A stretch of 64,000 nt of DNA, from contig CM038999.1 of NCBI GenBank assembly GCA_017499595.2, positions 558,001-622,000 on the forward strand, given 5' to 3'. The translations under genes were made by a program, and so were the position numbers. Shown piece by piece: positions 38,771 to 51,209 of the stretch. Numbering within the stretch: position 1 is the first letter of the stretch; every line of letters begins with the position of its first letter. Below the pieces are notes generated by a model that worked only from the letters and a program-made list of their open reading frames with translations, did not search any database and was not told the origin of the DNA. Source of the DNA: Psilocybe cubensis (Eukaryota).

Positions 38771-39153
38771 TGCTACCGATGAAAACTCAATGTTTCCCTT
38801 GATGTCGTTGCGTATCCTTGCTAGGGGGGGGGGGGGGTGCTTTGATATATCTGAGAAAAATTAACCAGTATAACTACCGCACAAGTCCAACTTGTGAAAT
38901 GGGCGGACCGACCAGATATGTTTTTTGACACAGGCTCTTTTCTCTCCAATTTGAACCCTTATCGGGGAGTTCTAGGGCTCAACTGTCCTGGTCGCAGAGC
39001 TACCCCCTTGTCAAACGTTATCTCACATACCCTGGACGCTTTTCTGGTTTCGCCTGAAAAAAATATACCATTCGATGTACATATGCTTCTATACACAACT
39101 ACGATACCATTCAGCGTTATATTCGTCGTTTAAAGGCAGTTCTATTGTTTGAT

Positions 39154-40775
39154 TCAAGTTTTACTTTCCTTTCGAATATCCATCGTCATCCCCTTTTCTT
39201 TTAATTGTTGAATATGTGTTCTGATATTGTATCTGCTCCTGTATTTGTTGAAATCGTTGTTGGTACCGCAGTCCCTGTTGATGAATGTAGTAATAAATTT
39301 GGTTATCGGCTGTATATCTGTTATCGGGATTGGACTAGCGATGTCAGGGAATTGTAGATGGTTTTTGGTTGTTTTCCAGTCGTGACGACGATACATCATG
39401 TCTACCACGTCTGTTGGATTGAACGCGATCAGAGCATCAGTACATGTAAAATTTTGAAGGTTTTGTAACAGGTATGTCGTAAATGAACATCCCAGCGGAG
39501 CGAGCGCTTTTATGAGTAGATCACTGACAATGAAATCAGGACGTTGTAGATTGAATGTGATCAGGGATGTCAACGGCATTAGAATGACAATCAACTCGAA
39601 CTCTGTGATGTTGGCGTTGCTGAGCGTGAACTCCCGGAGCGTTTTGATACCTTTGGCACGGTTTTCCAAATTTACCAGGGCTATGCACCAAGTAGAATCT
39701 CCAGGTGAGTCCAGTTCTATAGCAAGGCTAATCAATGCCGGGGTTGTGATAGACGCCAGAATTATTGCTAGACTTGATGAATCGCCAGTTATTTGAAGGC
39801 ACGTCAACCATTGTAAATCGATATCCGGTTTTTTCGCGTGTACATCAGTAGACCTGAAAATTCCTTTCGATATAAGTCGAATACGAAGGGTTCTGAGATG
39901 CGTTAGGAGATGGATGTCCTCCATCACTTCATTGACGGTAAACACTCCCCATTCAAACTCGTGGATGTTTGCCCAGTAAATTCCTAATAAATCTATGCTC
40001 GTGCCCGGCGATAACGATAGTTTTTGTAACGATTTTGCATGGGAAAAATATAGTTGGCTGGATACGTGGATATTGCTGGGCCATAATTGTATAAACTCGT
40101 CACAATAGAATGATGCTAGGCGATCGCTTGATTGTAGAAGAAGGTCGTAAAATGTAATGGGGAGTTTTAATTGCACGCGGTCTTTCGAGTAAATGTGGAT
40201 ATCCAGAGGCAGTATCGTGCCAGACCGGAGCAACCAGTCACGTAATAGACACTCCATCGTATTGAATGTTTTGGGCGATAAAGGTACCGACACCTTCGTC
40301 CAAAATAAAGGGATACCGTGGATTGTTCTGCGCCATTTTGCACAAATAGACGACAGATAGATATTACCCGGTTTTCGATATCCAGGTGGTAAATGCGAAT
40401 AATCGTCCATTGCAATCTCCATGATTAAGTTCGTCACATCATCATTGAGTGTGTATAAGGGTTTGCCGGTATTACGACTGTAATACGGTACATCCTCGGA
40501 CTGTTATGAGAAACACGATAATCAGCTCTTGTGTATGTCGATATTCTTCAAATTTTAATGGACAATACATATTCCAATAGTAAACTAACTCAAATGCAAA
40601 TTAAAAGAATACATACCTCGTACGTTAGCGATGTGGTTTTGCTTGCTACGGTTATATACTTGGATATGTATGCTGATGGCCGTTGGTGTTCTTGTTCCTG
40701 GTTAAATTGACCATATTCATCTTTGATGTGATATGACGAGAATTTTGAAATGGGTTTGCTAGCAGGGTTATCCAT
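39154..40775 (-). CDS. F-box/LRR-like protein (2 exons), paralog of 46939-48483
   Basis: Exon 1 MDNPASK..TYE|gtatgt. Exon 2 LYTLNDDVTNLIMEIA..LSSICAKWRRTIHGIPLFWTKV is a typical agaric F-box motif within a 427-aa open frame. Confidence 0.8.
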
Positions 40776-43700
40776 TGCAGGAATCTGGCAGGAATATACT
40801 AAAGTATAGGGAGACAAGGAATGTGTAGATCGAGCGTAACTCCTGTACTGACAAATAGTACAACTTGGTATTTCCGATGGAGGGTGGGTATGCGCCTCGC
40901 CTACTGATTTTTCTCTCCCTCGTTTGAATGACTTACGTCGCCAAACTCTTTTTTGGATCAATAGGCCTAAAGCCTAACGCCAGTTTCTTTTTTGTCATTA
41001 TTCGGTTGCGATCAAACGATATGGAGCTACTTCCTGTGAGTGTGTTTGCTTATAGATACGGTATAATGTTAATTGGAATGCAAGTTTCTTATTGTATAGT
41101 ATTCTTTTCTAGAACGAAATATAGAAGGAGACGAGCAGTAGGGCTACCGGAGCTTACATAATGCACTTGATATTTTACTATACATTAGTCTATATATATA
41201 TTCTTCTGCATTTGGAAAGTATATTTCCCTTTTGGAAAATGTAGAACAAAATATACATTGTATTACCTCTGAATGTGCTATACTAGTTTTAAATCATAGT
41301 AAATACTTCAAACTGCTAAAAACAATTGATAGAACTTTTATTACTATTTTTTTCTATTATTAAATTATTAAATAGAAATAATATTAATTAGTTTATTTGT
41401 TAAAATTCAAAGTAACAAGCTGAGTGATGATTATAATGTAAGCCGAATAGAATGTGATACTCTTATACATTTTTTAGCATTACATTTTTTAGTATACTTT
41501 TCTGTCAAGTTTAATATAAAATCCGATGCTTCGCGGAGCAAACATAATCACAATTATATCATAAAACACGTGTTTTACTTAAATTAAGATTTTAACAATA
41601 TTCAGCAAACCAGATTATGGGAAAAAATGTTGTTGCTGCTTTGTGTAAGCCTCGTTCTGGGGTGCATCACATTTTAGCTATATACTATTGCATATTGAGC
41701 AATCACGTTAGTTTTTACTACTCGCTTCGATGTATTTATTCTTATTCTGTTAATTGACTTTTTTGCATTCTATAATTCAAAACAGAAATAGAAAAGATGT
41801 ACTTCTCTTAGGGTTTGAAGTTTGTTTAAATAAAAATGTCACAATGAAAGCATCAAGTCTTCCTAGTATATGATAAAAATAGATATGGATATAATGTCAT
41901 ATAATATTTGATTAATAATAGTATTGAACTGAAAATAACATATTCTTTGGCTAAATTCAATAAGCCTTTATTGGCAGGCATAAGACCTATTATATATATA
42001 TCAAAATATCCTTATATATAGCAACTCTGATCCGTTTGAAAGAAAGTAAGACGGTTTCGCTCTCCGATCATATATTTAAATTCCGACAGAGTTTACAATC
42101 TCCGATTGTATTTATTGTCTCCGACACAAACTGTCGTCTTTTAAACAAACTTCAAATCTCCGATATAATATTGTATCTCCGAATGAATATACTACTGGGC
42201 TTCAGTATCCGCTGGCAGTGCGTTATTGATATGTTTTTTCACACAATTACCGACATATATAGTGCCCGTTACACAAGATATTTATCGTATGTTAATTTCT
42301 CATGTTATATTATTGTAATAAAGATTTTACCATGAATCATTCAAAGAGATAGATACTGATTCCTTGAGTCGTGAAAGTTCTAAATTACTGAAGGCGCAGG
42401 AGAAGTCACTCCAATGGCTATGGTAACACTATGTATGGTTATATAGCTTGCTCTGTATACAGTATAGAAAAGTGTGGATGAAATCAGTAATGATCTACAG
42501 GTACTGTGTATCATGACAGTCTCGTTGCATGGAGATACACAGATCGTTCACTATTACCGGTATTCGGATCCCGTATCAGCTCTCGCAACACCGAGACATT
42601 GAGAGTCTTGATTTGTATTGTATGTATTATGTTCACTTCCAGCCTATGAAGCAAGTCGATCAAAGTCGAATAGAGACAGAAGATTCAGACAGATGGGCTA
42701 CAATATAATTTTAGTCCATGATGTACGATTCGTTGAGACGGTTAAACGCGAACGAGAGTAATGAGGTTTTAGCAAAAGCTTCTCCCGCGAAGGCATGTGA
42801 GATATTACAATGGTGCGACAGCTTTTAAATGAATTCTATGTAATGACTCATACTCACTAGCAGCTCTATGTATCAGCGTCTAATACCACAAGCTCAATGA
42901 TACCTGGTGCAAGAAGAGTTGCAACAGATTTGTGTCTGTGGTGTCATTGATTGGTAGCGATGCTACGTACAGGGTAGGTTCCTGTATACTATACAATATT
43001 ATACATTATACATACAACTGTAAGTGACCATGTGAAGGCAATACGTGAGCGTAAGGTCCAAAAAAACGCGGATAGAGTGCACGGTCGGTGCAGGATTAAG
43101 AATGGTTACTGTGCCTCGGAGATGACGTGCTGGAGTTGAGAATTACCAAGCTTAAAACAAAGAAGTACCTTTAATCTTCAATAGATTTGTGCATCGAGAC
43201 AAAAGTATAGGAATACACTCACGATTCGGACAAATCAAGTATAAAACCGGTTAGAACCGGTTATCTTGGACGTCCGTGTGCAGTACTCTTTCCCTGTTGA
43301 ATAAAAATTCTATAATCTGATCAAACAAGCCACGTTCAAGCACCAGGACCCTCCGAGTACTGTCCACCTTTTTGTTTGATTTTGATTCTCAAATCCTGAA
43401 AAATCGACAATGCATGACAAGGCTGTCCAATCAAAAATGTTACCGACAAAGAGATCACTGCGCACGATAACATTGAAACCTTTTCATATCGTCTATGATT
43501 ATAATACAATAATTTTATCTATGTTGTAGTATTACTCTATTTATGCACGTCTCACAGCCAGCTTCTGTTATACCGAATTTTCTTTCGTCAATCGATAAAC
43601 CTGTGCGTCAATGTACCTACAATATTATATAAGTATCAGTCTATTAGAAAGATAGAGTGCTTACCGTTCATCATCCACAATGTTCCCTAACGTAGGACAT

Positions 43701-44127
43701 TCGTCATAGATCTTATTCAAAAACACTGTTGTCCCAATCGAATAATTATACTTTAAAGCGGTTTGAGATATGGAGAGATTGACGGTCGACGGAGACCGTT
43801 TCGTCTCCAGGGCGTAGATATCCACCAGAAATGCACCGCATGACCCCCCCTCCCCTGCCGCCCTTCTAAGGGTGTCGACTCTACCTACACTGTGTTACTA
43901 CTAATTATTGTCAGTAATACTTCGGGAATAAAGGTTAGATATGATGAAATAGCCTTGAATTGTGATATTACTGCGAGTTTGATCTGATCTTTTTCAGACA
44001 AGAACTCCCAATTACTGTTTAACAGGCGAGGGTGAGTGGGTTTTTATTGTGGGTATAGAGAGGATGTTTGAAATGTAAATTGGGTGAGATGCGGTTTCAC
44101 GCGAGAAGTTAGGATGGTAGTCTTCCA

Positions 44128-44777
44128 GTGCTCTCAAATCTGAGAAAAAATAGACATACCCCTAAAGGAGCTTCCCATGGCCCGTATTTGAGGCTCAACA
44201 GGTACCTAACCCGGACAGACCAAAATACCTGGAGTTTATTGAGAATCGTATGCGTGGTCTTGCCGACTCTAACGAACCTACATTCAATCGGGGGGACATC
44301 ATATGGATGACATTTAAATTGGCTTTCATCGTGAACGGTGAACATTGGTGGTCGGAAATCATTCCCATAGAGTTTGTCAGGGTAGGGAAAATACCAGAGC
44401 AGGTGCAAACTAAGGCCGATCATTCGCTTTTTCCTTCCCTTGGCGAGTCATTTCCTTTACTCTCCGCTGGAGACATCGTCGAATTCCAAGACGGTTAGCA
44501 AACGACTTCTCTTACGCCCTGTATACTACTGACGCTTGTGATATTATATTAACTAGATATTTCTCCGAGACCCCTTAAACGGGTCAAGTCACACGATTCA
44601 GTAAACGACAGGATGAGTTATCGGACGAAGAAGGTTCATAATGAAAAGGAAGGAGATATTCATATGGAAGACGAGTCCGTGGTGGACGACGACTATGTAC
44701 ATATTGAAGCTCCTGAACTGACTTCTAAAAATCGGCTCCGGTCAGGTAAAGGAGCGAAGAATGTTAATCGTTTGTGA
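44128..44777 (+). pseudogene. Fragment of an uncharacterised basidiomycete protein (GDIIWMTFKL..WWSEIIPIEFVRVG)
   Basis: Two overlapping ORFs (probable frameshift) with a beta-rich, conserved-looking motif, then a putative intron and an acidic tail. Confidence 0.35.
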
Positions 44778-45129
44778 AAAGTTCGCTATCATTAGCTATA
44801 CGATAAAATTATGGGATACTTCATTGTTTGTTTAAACACGTGTAATCCGATATGTACTCAGATATATAACTAGATGAGTACCTAGATGTGTATTACATGT
44901 ACAGTCTCCGTCCGAATTTATTTATTCGTACCAGTCTTAATCGATTGCGTTTTTTTGTAACTGTTCCTTTTGTATGATGAGTCGTTTTATATCAGTGACA
45001 TCCAGCTGCGATTTTGAACGTTTAATAAGCCAGAAATTATTCGGTACGGTTGCACGTTAAATATAGCTCCTTGACATCTACACTAAAACTGTACTTTCAG
45101 AAGAATGTCGGAGGTGACGGATGGAGGTG

Positions 45130-45890
45130 ACAAACTTACGGTGAAAGAGTTCCACCAGGTAAGTTTTGATACGCTATTCAAAGCGTTAACATGCGTTGGA
45201 GAGGATGGATCAGATCGTATACGAAGTGAGGAATGGTAGTGGAAGTTTTGTGCTAAGAAACACCGAATGACCGAGTTACAGCATATGCTCTCGGTACTTG
45301 CTGCCCTTGTTGTATGGACAAAGTTCAGACGCTACTTAGTATTTTGCAACATTGTAACTTTATTTTCTTCAAACCGTCGAGATCCTGGTGTAATATTTGG
45401 GGATACCCATCGGATTCGAGTATGTACACAGGCTGATATATGTAATGTCCGCGCAGAATGATAGGTTACGTATAGGGAAAGAGTATTCCGGGTTGGTTCG
45501 AGGGGTAGATCGTGTTTGCGGATGAAAGTGAGATAAGAATTCAGAGCGGAACCATATACTTTTTCAATTGACAACTCGACGGCTTCGCACAGGGCCAACG
45601 CTCTTTCGTGATACAACTTTTCCTTGAACCCAGTAGGGCGTTGTGGCTGGTATGGGCGGCGGGAAGAGGCAATTACTGGGTGGATGCTAATGCGCCCATG
45701 CCGGTGGTCGAAAGGGAGTGATTGTGAGGCAGGGGTTGAGTGACAGTGCTTTCTCCGGTATGTGGAGTACCCGGAGTTGGATATCCTTGTCAAGAACTAA
45801 GTCAACAGAGACTTTCAAGATTTCGTTGAAGGTGGTGTGCAGGCGAGAGAGTTAAAGAAGGCAAGAACTGTTTATTATGGAGACTGAAGT
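45130..45890 (-). mobile_element. DIRS/Ngaro-type tyrosine-recombinase retrotransposon remnant (RNase H end overlapping YR N-terminus)
   Basis: FNEILKVSVDLVLDKDIQLRVLHIP..LTITPFRPP (RNase H C-terminus) is followed by RRPYQPQR..LYHERALAL..YGSALNSYLTFIRKHDLPLEPTRNTLSLYVTY (YR N-terminus). Truncated, with no catalytic tetrad. Confidence 0.75.
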
Positions 45891-46938
45891 ATGGTTAGAC
45901 ACGGAACACGGTGAGACCTGACGACATCAGTCTTACCTCAGGATGCGCGATGTCGATGAGCCGCGGCGAGCAATTGAGGATCCCGATTCTGACACGACTG
46001 AGAGCCCAAGGCGGTTAGACGCTTCTAAAAATAACGTGGGTGTTATAGATAGATAATTGTCAAGATGAGCAATGCGAGACACGCTCGTCCAAGCAAGAAC
46101 CACGCGTTGTAAAAGTCTTTCGTTCTGGAATGCAAAGAAAAGGCCTAAAAGGAGACATTATGGTCTACACAAATGTGCGACGTGATGAGGAGGACTGACT
46201 GAATAGGGTACATTAGAATTTCAGGTATAAATAGAGGAGTAGGTGGATACGAAAAGGACACTGAATAATAGTCATTCACTCTCTATCTCATATCCCGAGA
46301 AAGAATTGTTCATTTTCCGAGCTTGGAACCTAGTCATTTTTCTCCGAACCTAAAGTATGTCTTTGTATAATCAGAAATACTCCACCGTTTCATCGTCTCA
46401 TCGCACAGTTCGTATACAATCTCGTCGTTTACATTTGTTATCATTTATCAACCCTTGTCTTTATTATCTATGTTCGTCTTTTCAGACTACGATGCCTACG
46501 CTAGTAATACAGGCTTCACGTTGAAACTTTGTCTATTTCTAAATCTCTGTCAACACTTTTCCTCTCTTGCTTATCTGTCTGGCGGATGCCTACAGCTTAC
46601 TCCCATATTTACACCCACACCGTAAACACATACTAACTTACACTATTTAAACAACAGAGACACGGATGATCTTTTTTAACGAAGAGTCTCATCCCGAAGT
46701 ATGATATAGAAGTGAAATGTTTCTATTAACACATAGAGGTATTTGACCGTCAACGCACTAATTACCAAGAAAGACTATGAATAGGTAAGTGAATACTTCA
46801 TCACGGATGCACGGTCAAGTTATTACACCGGTGATTCCGAGATTCACCGATAAATGTAAATGATCGTGCGTGTGTAAACTCTGATGTTTTGTGATCAGCA
46901 ATATTGAATTATATACAACATAACAAAAAACACTCACG

Positions 46939-48483
46939 TTAAAACCCGTTGTCTTCTGGAAGGTCGATAAAAATCATATCAATTGTTATGCCCATATTCT
47001 TCAATGACTGCGCTTTCTTATCCCACTCCTTTGTGTGGCTCGGGGACAGATAACCGTTAAGGGGGGACCATTCTTTACAGTCGTGACTAACCCTGAACAA
47101 GGTGATAGGACGGACATCCGTGATCTTGTACTCTTGAGCGTTGGGAGCGAAAGCCCTGTTCTCCCAAAGTGCGAGTCGATGAACCAAAGTCGCGAACAAA
47201 GCGTTTGGTGTGAAGGATATTATAGCCCTGTAACATTCAAAGTCTTCGAGGCACGGGAGCAGACATCTCCCTCCGAATGCGAATGAAGGATCCAGAGAGG
47301 ACACAAAGTAATCACTGAGGAGAAACTGTGGGCGATAAAATTTAAGGACTCGCATTGAGCATAGCCCTCTGAGGATCTCAACGACGTCATGTTCGCTGGT
47401 ATCGATATCCGAAAACGTGCAGTGGGTCAGAGACTGGAACCAAGACGATCTTATCTTCATGTCTAATAAGGAATTAACCCAACATGAATCTCCGTCTGGA
47501 ACTAGAGTAATGCATAGGATCGTTATGTTAGGCGCAGTAATCACATTGAGGACAGTCTGTAGATTCGTGGAATCGCCTTCGACAGCGAAGATTCCGAGAT
47601 GGTTTAATATACAAGATTTTGCTTTGCCGAATTTTCGTTGTTCGTTATCGTCGAAGACCAGTTCCATGTCGTAGATATCCCGGAGCTCCCCGAGGAACAC
47701 TTCGACATCCTTTACTGTGGTTTGGTACCAAGCAAGATCGCGCAGATGTTTCCAGTTGAACGTGGGGGTAGTAATGGAAGAATTTGAAATGTATACATAA
47801 CGGAGATTTTTGGCCGGTCTGAAGTCGATATGATCGTGCAGATACAGGTCGAATGAGACGGTATGGAGAAGCGGGAATGGATCCGAGGATTGTGCTGTGG
47901 AAAAGAAAGACGACCAGATAGAACCAACGTCGTCACAAGAAAACTTTTCCCATTGCCTATGGGTACCAAGAATAAGTGATTTGAAAGTGGAAGGTAAATC
48001 AACGGCGACATCTGTGGTAGAGATACTGATGTCCAGAGAAATGTTCGTTGAAGCGCATTGAATCCAGTCCGCGAATAGCTCTTCCATTATCCTTAAGTTT
48101 TTTACCGATAACCTGAGTGTGATAAATCCCCAGTACATTGGACGTGCTCGTACGAAGTTTCTCCACTGGCTGCATACAGCGCCAATGGTAATCGGAGGAG
48201 GGGTATTAATCCCATCGGTACCCGCCCCACTGTCTGCATAAAACATACGGAGGATAATGTCCACTACATCAGTATCCAGGTCATTGAAGGTGATTTGCAT
48301 GCGGTTGTTTTGTTCTGAATGGTGGCGAAGACGACGGAAGAGATTTCGAGAGTGGTATCGTTTTTTTGTTGACAAACGAAATACAGCATGGTCCACGATG
48401 GAATAGAAAAATCTTCGGCCTGGAACCATAGAACGAAAATGACGCCCTGATCGATGAAGACGAAGCGAGTTAACGGCAGGCAT
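46939..48483 (-). CDS. F-box/LRR-like protein (514-aa ORF, start may be M at 48300)
   Basis: FNDLDTDVVDIIL..PPITIGAVCSQWRNFVRARPMYWGFI. It shares GDS..L..IT.P..GDS.W and RP.F..SD with 39154-40437. Confidence 0.8.
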   Translation of the reverse strand: MPAVNSLRLHRSGRHFRSMVPGRRFFYSIVDHAVFRLSTKKRYHSRNLFRRLRHHSEQNNRMQITFNDLDTDVVDIILRMFYADSGAGTDGINTPPPITIGAVCSQWRNFVRARPMYWGFITLRLSVKNLRIMEELFADWIQCASTNISLDISISTTDVAVDLPSTFKSLILGTHRQWEKFSCDDVGSIWSSFFSTAQSSDPFPLLHTVSFDLYLHDHIDFRPAKNLRYVYISNSSITTPTFNWKHLRDLAWYQTTVKDVEVFLGELRDIYDMELVFDDNEQRKFGKAKSCILNHLGIFAVEGDSTNLQTVLNVITAPNITILCITLVPDGDSCWVNSLLDMKIRSSWFQSLTHCTFSDIDTSEHDVVEILRGLCSMRVLKFYRPQFLLSDYFVSSLDPSFAFGGRCLLPCLEDFECYRAIISFTPNALFATLVHRLALWENRAFAPNAQEYKITDVRPITLFRVSHDCKEWSPLNGYLSPSHTKEWDKKAQSLKNMGITIDMIFIDLPEDNGF

Positions 48484-49159
48484 CTTAAAGACGGTTAAAA
48501 ATTATATGACAGGGAAAAGTCAGTGATACAAGAATTTTCAAGAAAAGCAAAAGTAGTTACGGTGCTATACTGTCCTGAAAAAGTGGAAAGGAGACAGATG
48601 GACAGAGTCGACCGTCGATTGCCATGTTTGATTACTTATGTGTAGTAGACAGACGCACACGACGTTGATCTAAACGGGTACACTTCATAATCTTCGATTG
48701 AAATTTGGTCCAAAGCCGATTGAACCCTCAATCAACTTTTAGATTCGGACACTCGCTTGGGACTTTATGTTTGTTCGCGTTACGACTGGTAGTGTGGGAC
48801 CGAACATACAAATAACCCTATATAAAGGGTACATACGTCTTTCGTTTTGAATAAAGAAGCGAGGAGACAGTAGTCAAAATTGGGTTGAATTGAACACATG
48901 TCGCGATGCTTATTGATTCATGGTCATAAGGAATCTCCGATTCTGTATACATTGATAAGTATTTAGAATTGATTCGGAGTCTAAATGTTATCTGGCAACA
49001 ACTGTTATACAAGTATAACTCTATCGGCCCGAATATCCTAACGGATCAGCGATGCCGATTTTCTCTCAGCTCCAGATGTTTGGGAGAGTTCCGGCGGAGA
49101 ATGGAAGCGGGGTCAAAAATTCTAACGAAAACCGCTGCATGATCGCTTTCCTATGTGAG

Positions 49160-51060
49160 GGGAAGTGGCCGATGTGATAAAAATGGGATATTTGGGGCCA
49201 CAAAGGCGCGAAGCGTTCCCAGCTGATCATAGATTGGTCAGAATTTATCTCCCACTGGGATATGCAATGTGCTTCATCGACGACGATTGCATAAATCTTC
49301 TCGGTAAAATTTGCAGAACTAAGAAGCTGCCTAAATAGATTATGCCCGGGCACAGGAAATTTACCTTGCAGGGGAAGCGAGGGAAGTGCAAGGGAAGTGC
49401 AGTGCGGGAAGTGCGACGTGCGCGAGTGGCTGAGGGACGTGCGGAAGTGGCTGAGGGACGTGCATGTGCGTGCGTGGGTTCGAACCAAGTTCGAACCATG
49501 GTTGAGGCAGGTCGGGGTGATGTAGCGTGGGATAAATTGACTTCAAATAAACTCGTGTCGTCTTTCTTGGTTGTTACTATTCCTCTTTATTGAACGAGGC
49601 TTATACCACGAAATAAAGTCATATTGTGATAGATAGTAGTGTAAATAATTGAATAGAAGTAAATTTATAAGTTATTTAATGCATGATTGTGTGTTAAGCC
49701 AACAATTGAAGCCCGGGCTAGTTTGCAATTGGTGTGCAGCTATCCTTGTATGAATAAAATATTAAACCACATACCACGATTTCACTGTCATCCCCTTCTA
49801 GATCACCAAAATTGAAGTATTCTGGAAATCCGCCGTATGGATTTCACCCATCTTGATGTGGTCCCACATTGAGTCCCCACTGGTAGTGTCCTGCGATCAC
49901 GGCACGCCCCAAAACTTCAAAAACTTCTTCAAAAAGCTGTAGGCAGTCTCTATCAACATTGATTTTGTTCTTGGAGGTGGGTTGTTCCTAAAATTGAGCT
50001 TATTGTGCTTCTTTGATAAGACGGTCATCAGAAAGGTCTGTAAACCTTGGATTTTGCTTGAGGCGATGAGCAATATAAAAAGTGAACACATGGGCGAGAG
50101 GTGGAAAGGATACCCATTTAATTTGCTTTTTAATGTCGTTGTTGGCAATTTTGCATTCAAACTAGTTCGAAATCTGGGTGCGTTCAACAATTTTCAGTTG
50201 ACCAGTAAATGGACAAAACGGAAGCATGTGGTTTACGAACGTGGATTTGCGGAGGCATATAAGGCATAACTGATCGCAAACACTAAAAATAACTATGAGT
50301 TGCGTCTAACAGGAATAATATGCCTTTACACTGGAATTTGAGTCGGAAGTGCAGGGAAGTGCAGGGAAGTGCAGGGAAGTGCATGGGAAGTGCGCTGGAC
50401 GTGTATAGGTATAATTTTCCATTGGGAAGTGCAAGGGAAGTGCAGGGAAGTGCAGGGAAGTGCAGGGGAAGTGCAGGGGAAGTGCAAGTGTCACGCTGAA
50501 GTTAATGACCATTTATGAATGGATAGACCCTTAGAAAAGTTGAGATTGAACAAACTTACGATAAGCGCCCATGGTATGTGGCACATGGTATACCCGTTGG
50601 GTCAGCCTTAAGCCTTTATTACCACATCAAAAGTTGCATATCTTGAGTGGTTCTATGTGCTTTCACATGAAAATGGTACATGGTACCCATTATAGATTAA
50701 CCCAGTTATACTTTAGAAGGACTATAGTATTAGATATATTGACCGACCGAGTGACAAAATTGGGCTTTTGACGTTGGCGTATAGTCAAAGGTGTATGTCA
50801 CATGTGACACTCTACTATCGAAATAAAAATTGTGTTAATTTTTGTTCATACAACACGTCGCACAGTATTTCAGAGGAAAAAACATACGGTACGACTTTTA
50901 GATACATCAAACACTCCAAAAAACTGATGTTTTTGACAATATTTAATAAGTACTACCGCGCACTTCCCCTGCACGTCCCCCGCACTTCCCTCGCTTCCCT
51001 CGCTTACCCTGCAAGGTAAATTCTGTATGCCCGATTATGCTCTAAACACATTTCTGGGTT
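49160..51060 (-). pseudogene. RecQ-like DEAH helicase fragment interrupted by a transposon
   Basis: Removing the insertion and one TSD restores PEMCLEHNLFRQLLSSANFTEKIYAIVVDEAHCISQW-GDKF*PIYDQLGTLRAF..TSAT. Confidence 0.8.
49346..51032. mobile_element. Non-autonomous TIR DNA transposon (1687 bp), 8-bp TSD, 10-bp subterminal repeats, possibly Zisupton/KDZ-like
   Basis: TSD GATTATGC at 49338-49345 and 51033-51040. TIR GGGCA..AATTTACCTTGCAGGG.AAGCGAGGGAAG. GGGAAGTGCA arrays at 49371-49460, 50345-50490 and inverted at 50960-51010. Internal degraded ORF ..LFEEVFE..IAGHYQWGLNVGPHQDG*NPY. Confidence 0.9.
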
Positions 51061-51209
51061 TTATTTTTATTTTTTTTTTATTTTATTTTACTTTTTTTTT
51101 TTTTGAGTCTTGATTAGACGAAACATGTTTGGCTAACAGGTTTCCGACAGATGGTACATCAACCGATGGAAATGATCATATATATGGAAATTACAATGTT
51201 ATGATATAT

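Noticed and set aside
45900..46660. LTR-like segment with TATAAATAG next to the DIRS remnant
   Set aside because: No TG..CA termini with a matching TSD could be identified.
42027..49049. 10-bp inverted match CTGATCCGTT/AACGGATCAG with nearby TCCGA motifs as ends of a 7-kb element
   Set aside because: No TSD, and a 10-bp match is expected by chance in 64 kb.
49245..50512. ORFs with LPLHFP/ARPSAT repeats
   Set aside because: They are translations of the 10-bp GGGAAGTGCA and related subterminal repeats, not proteins.
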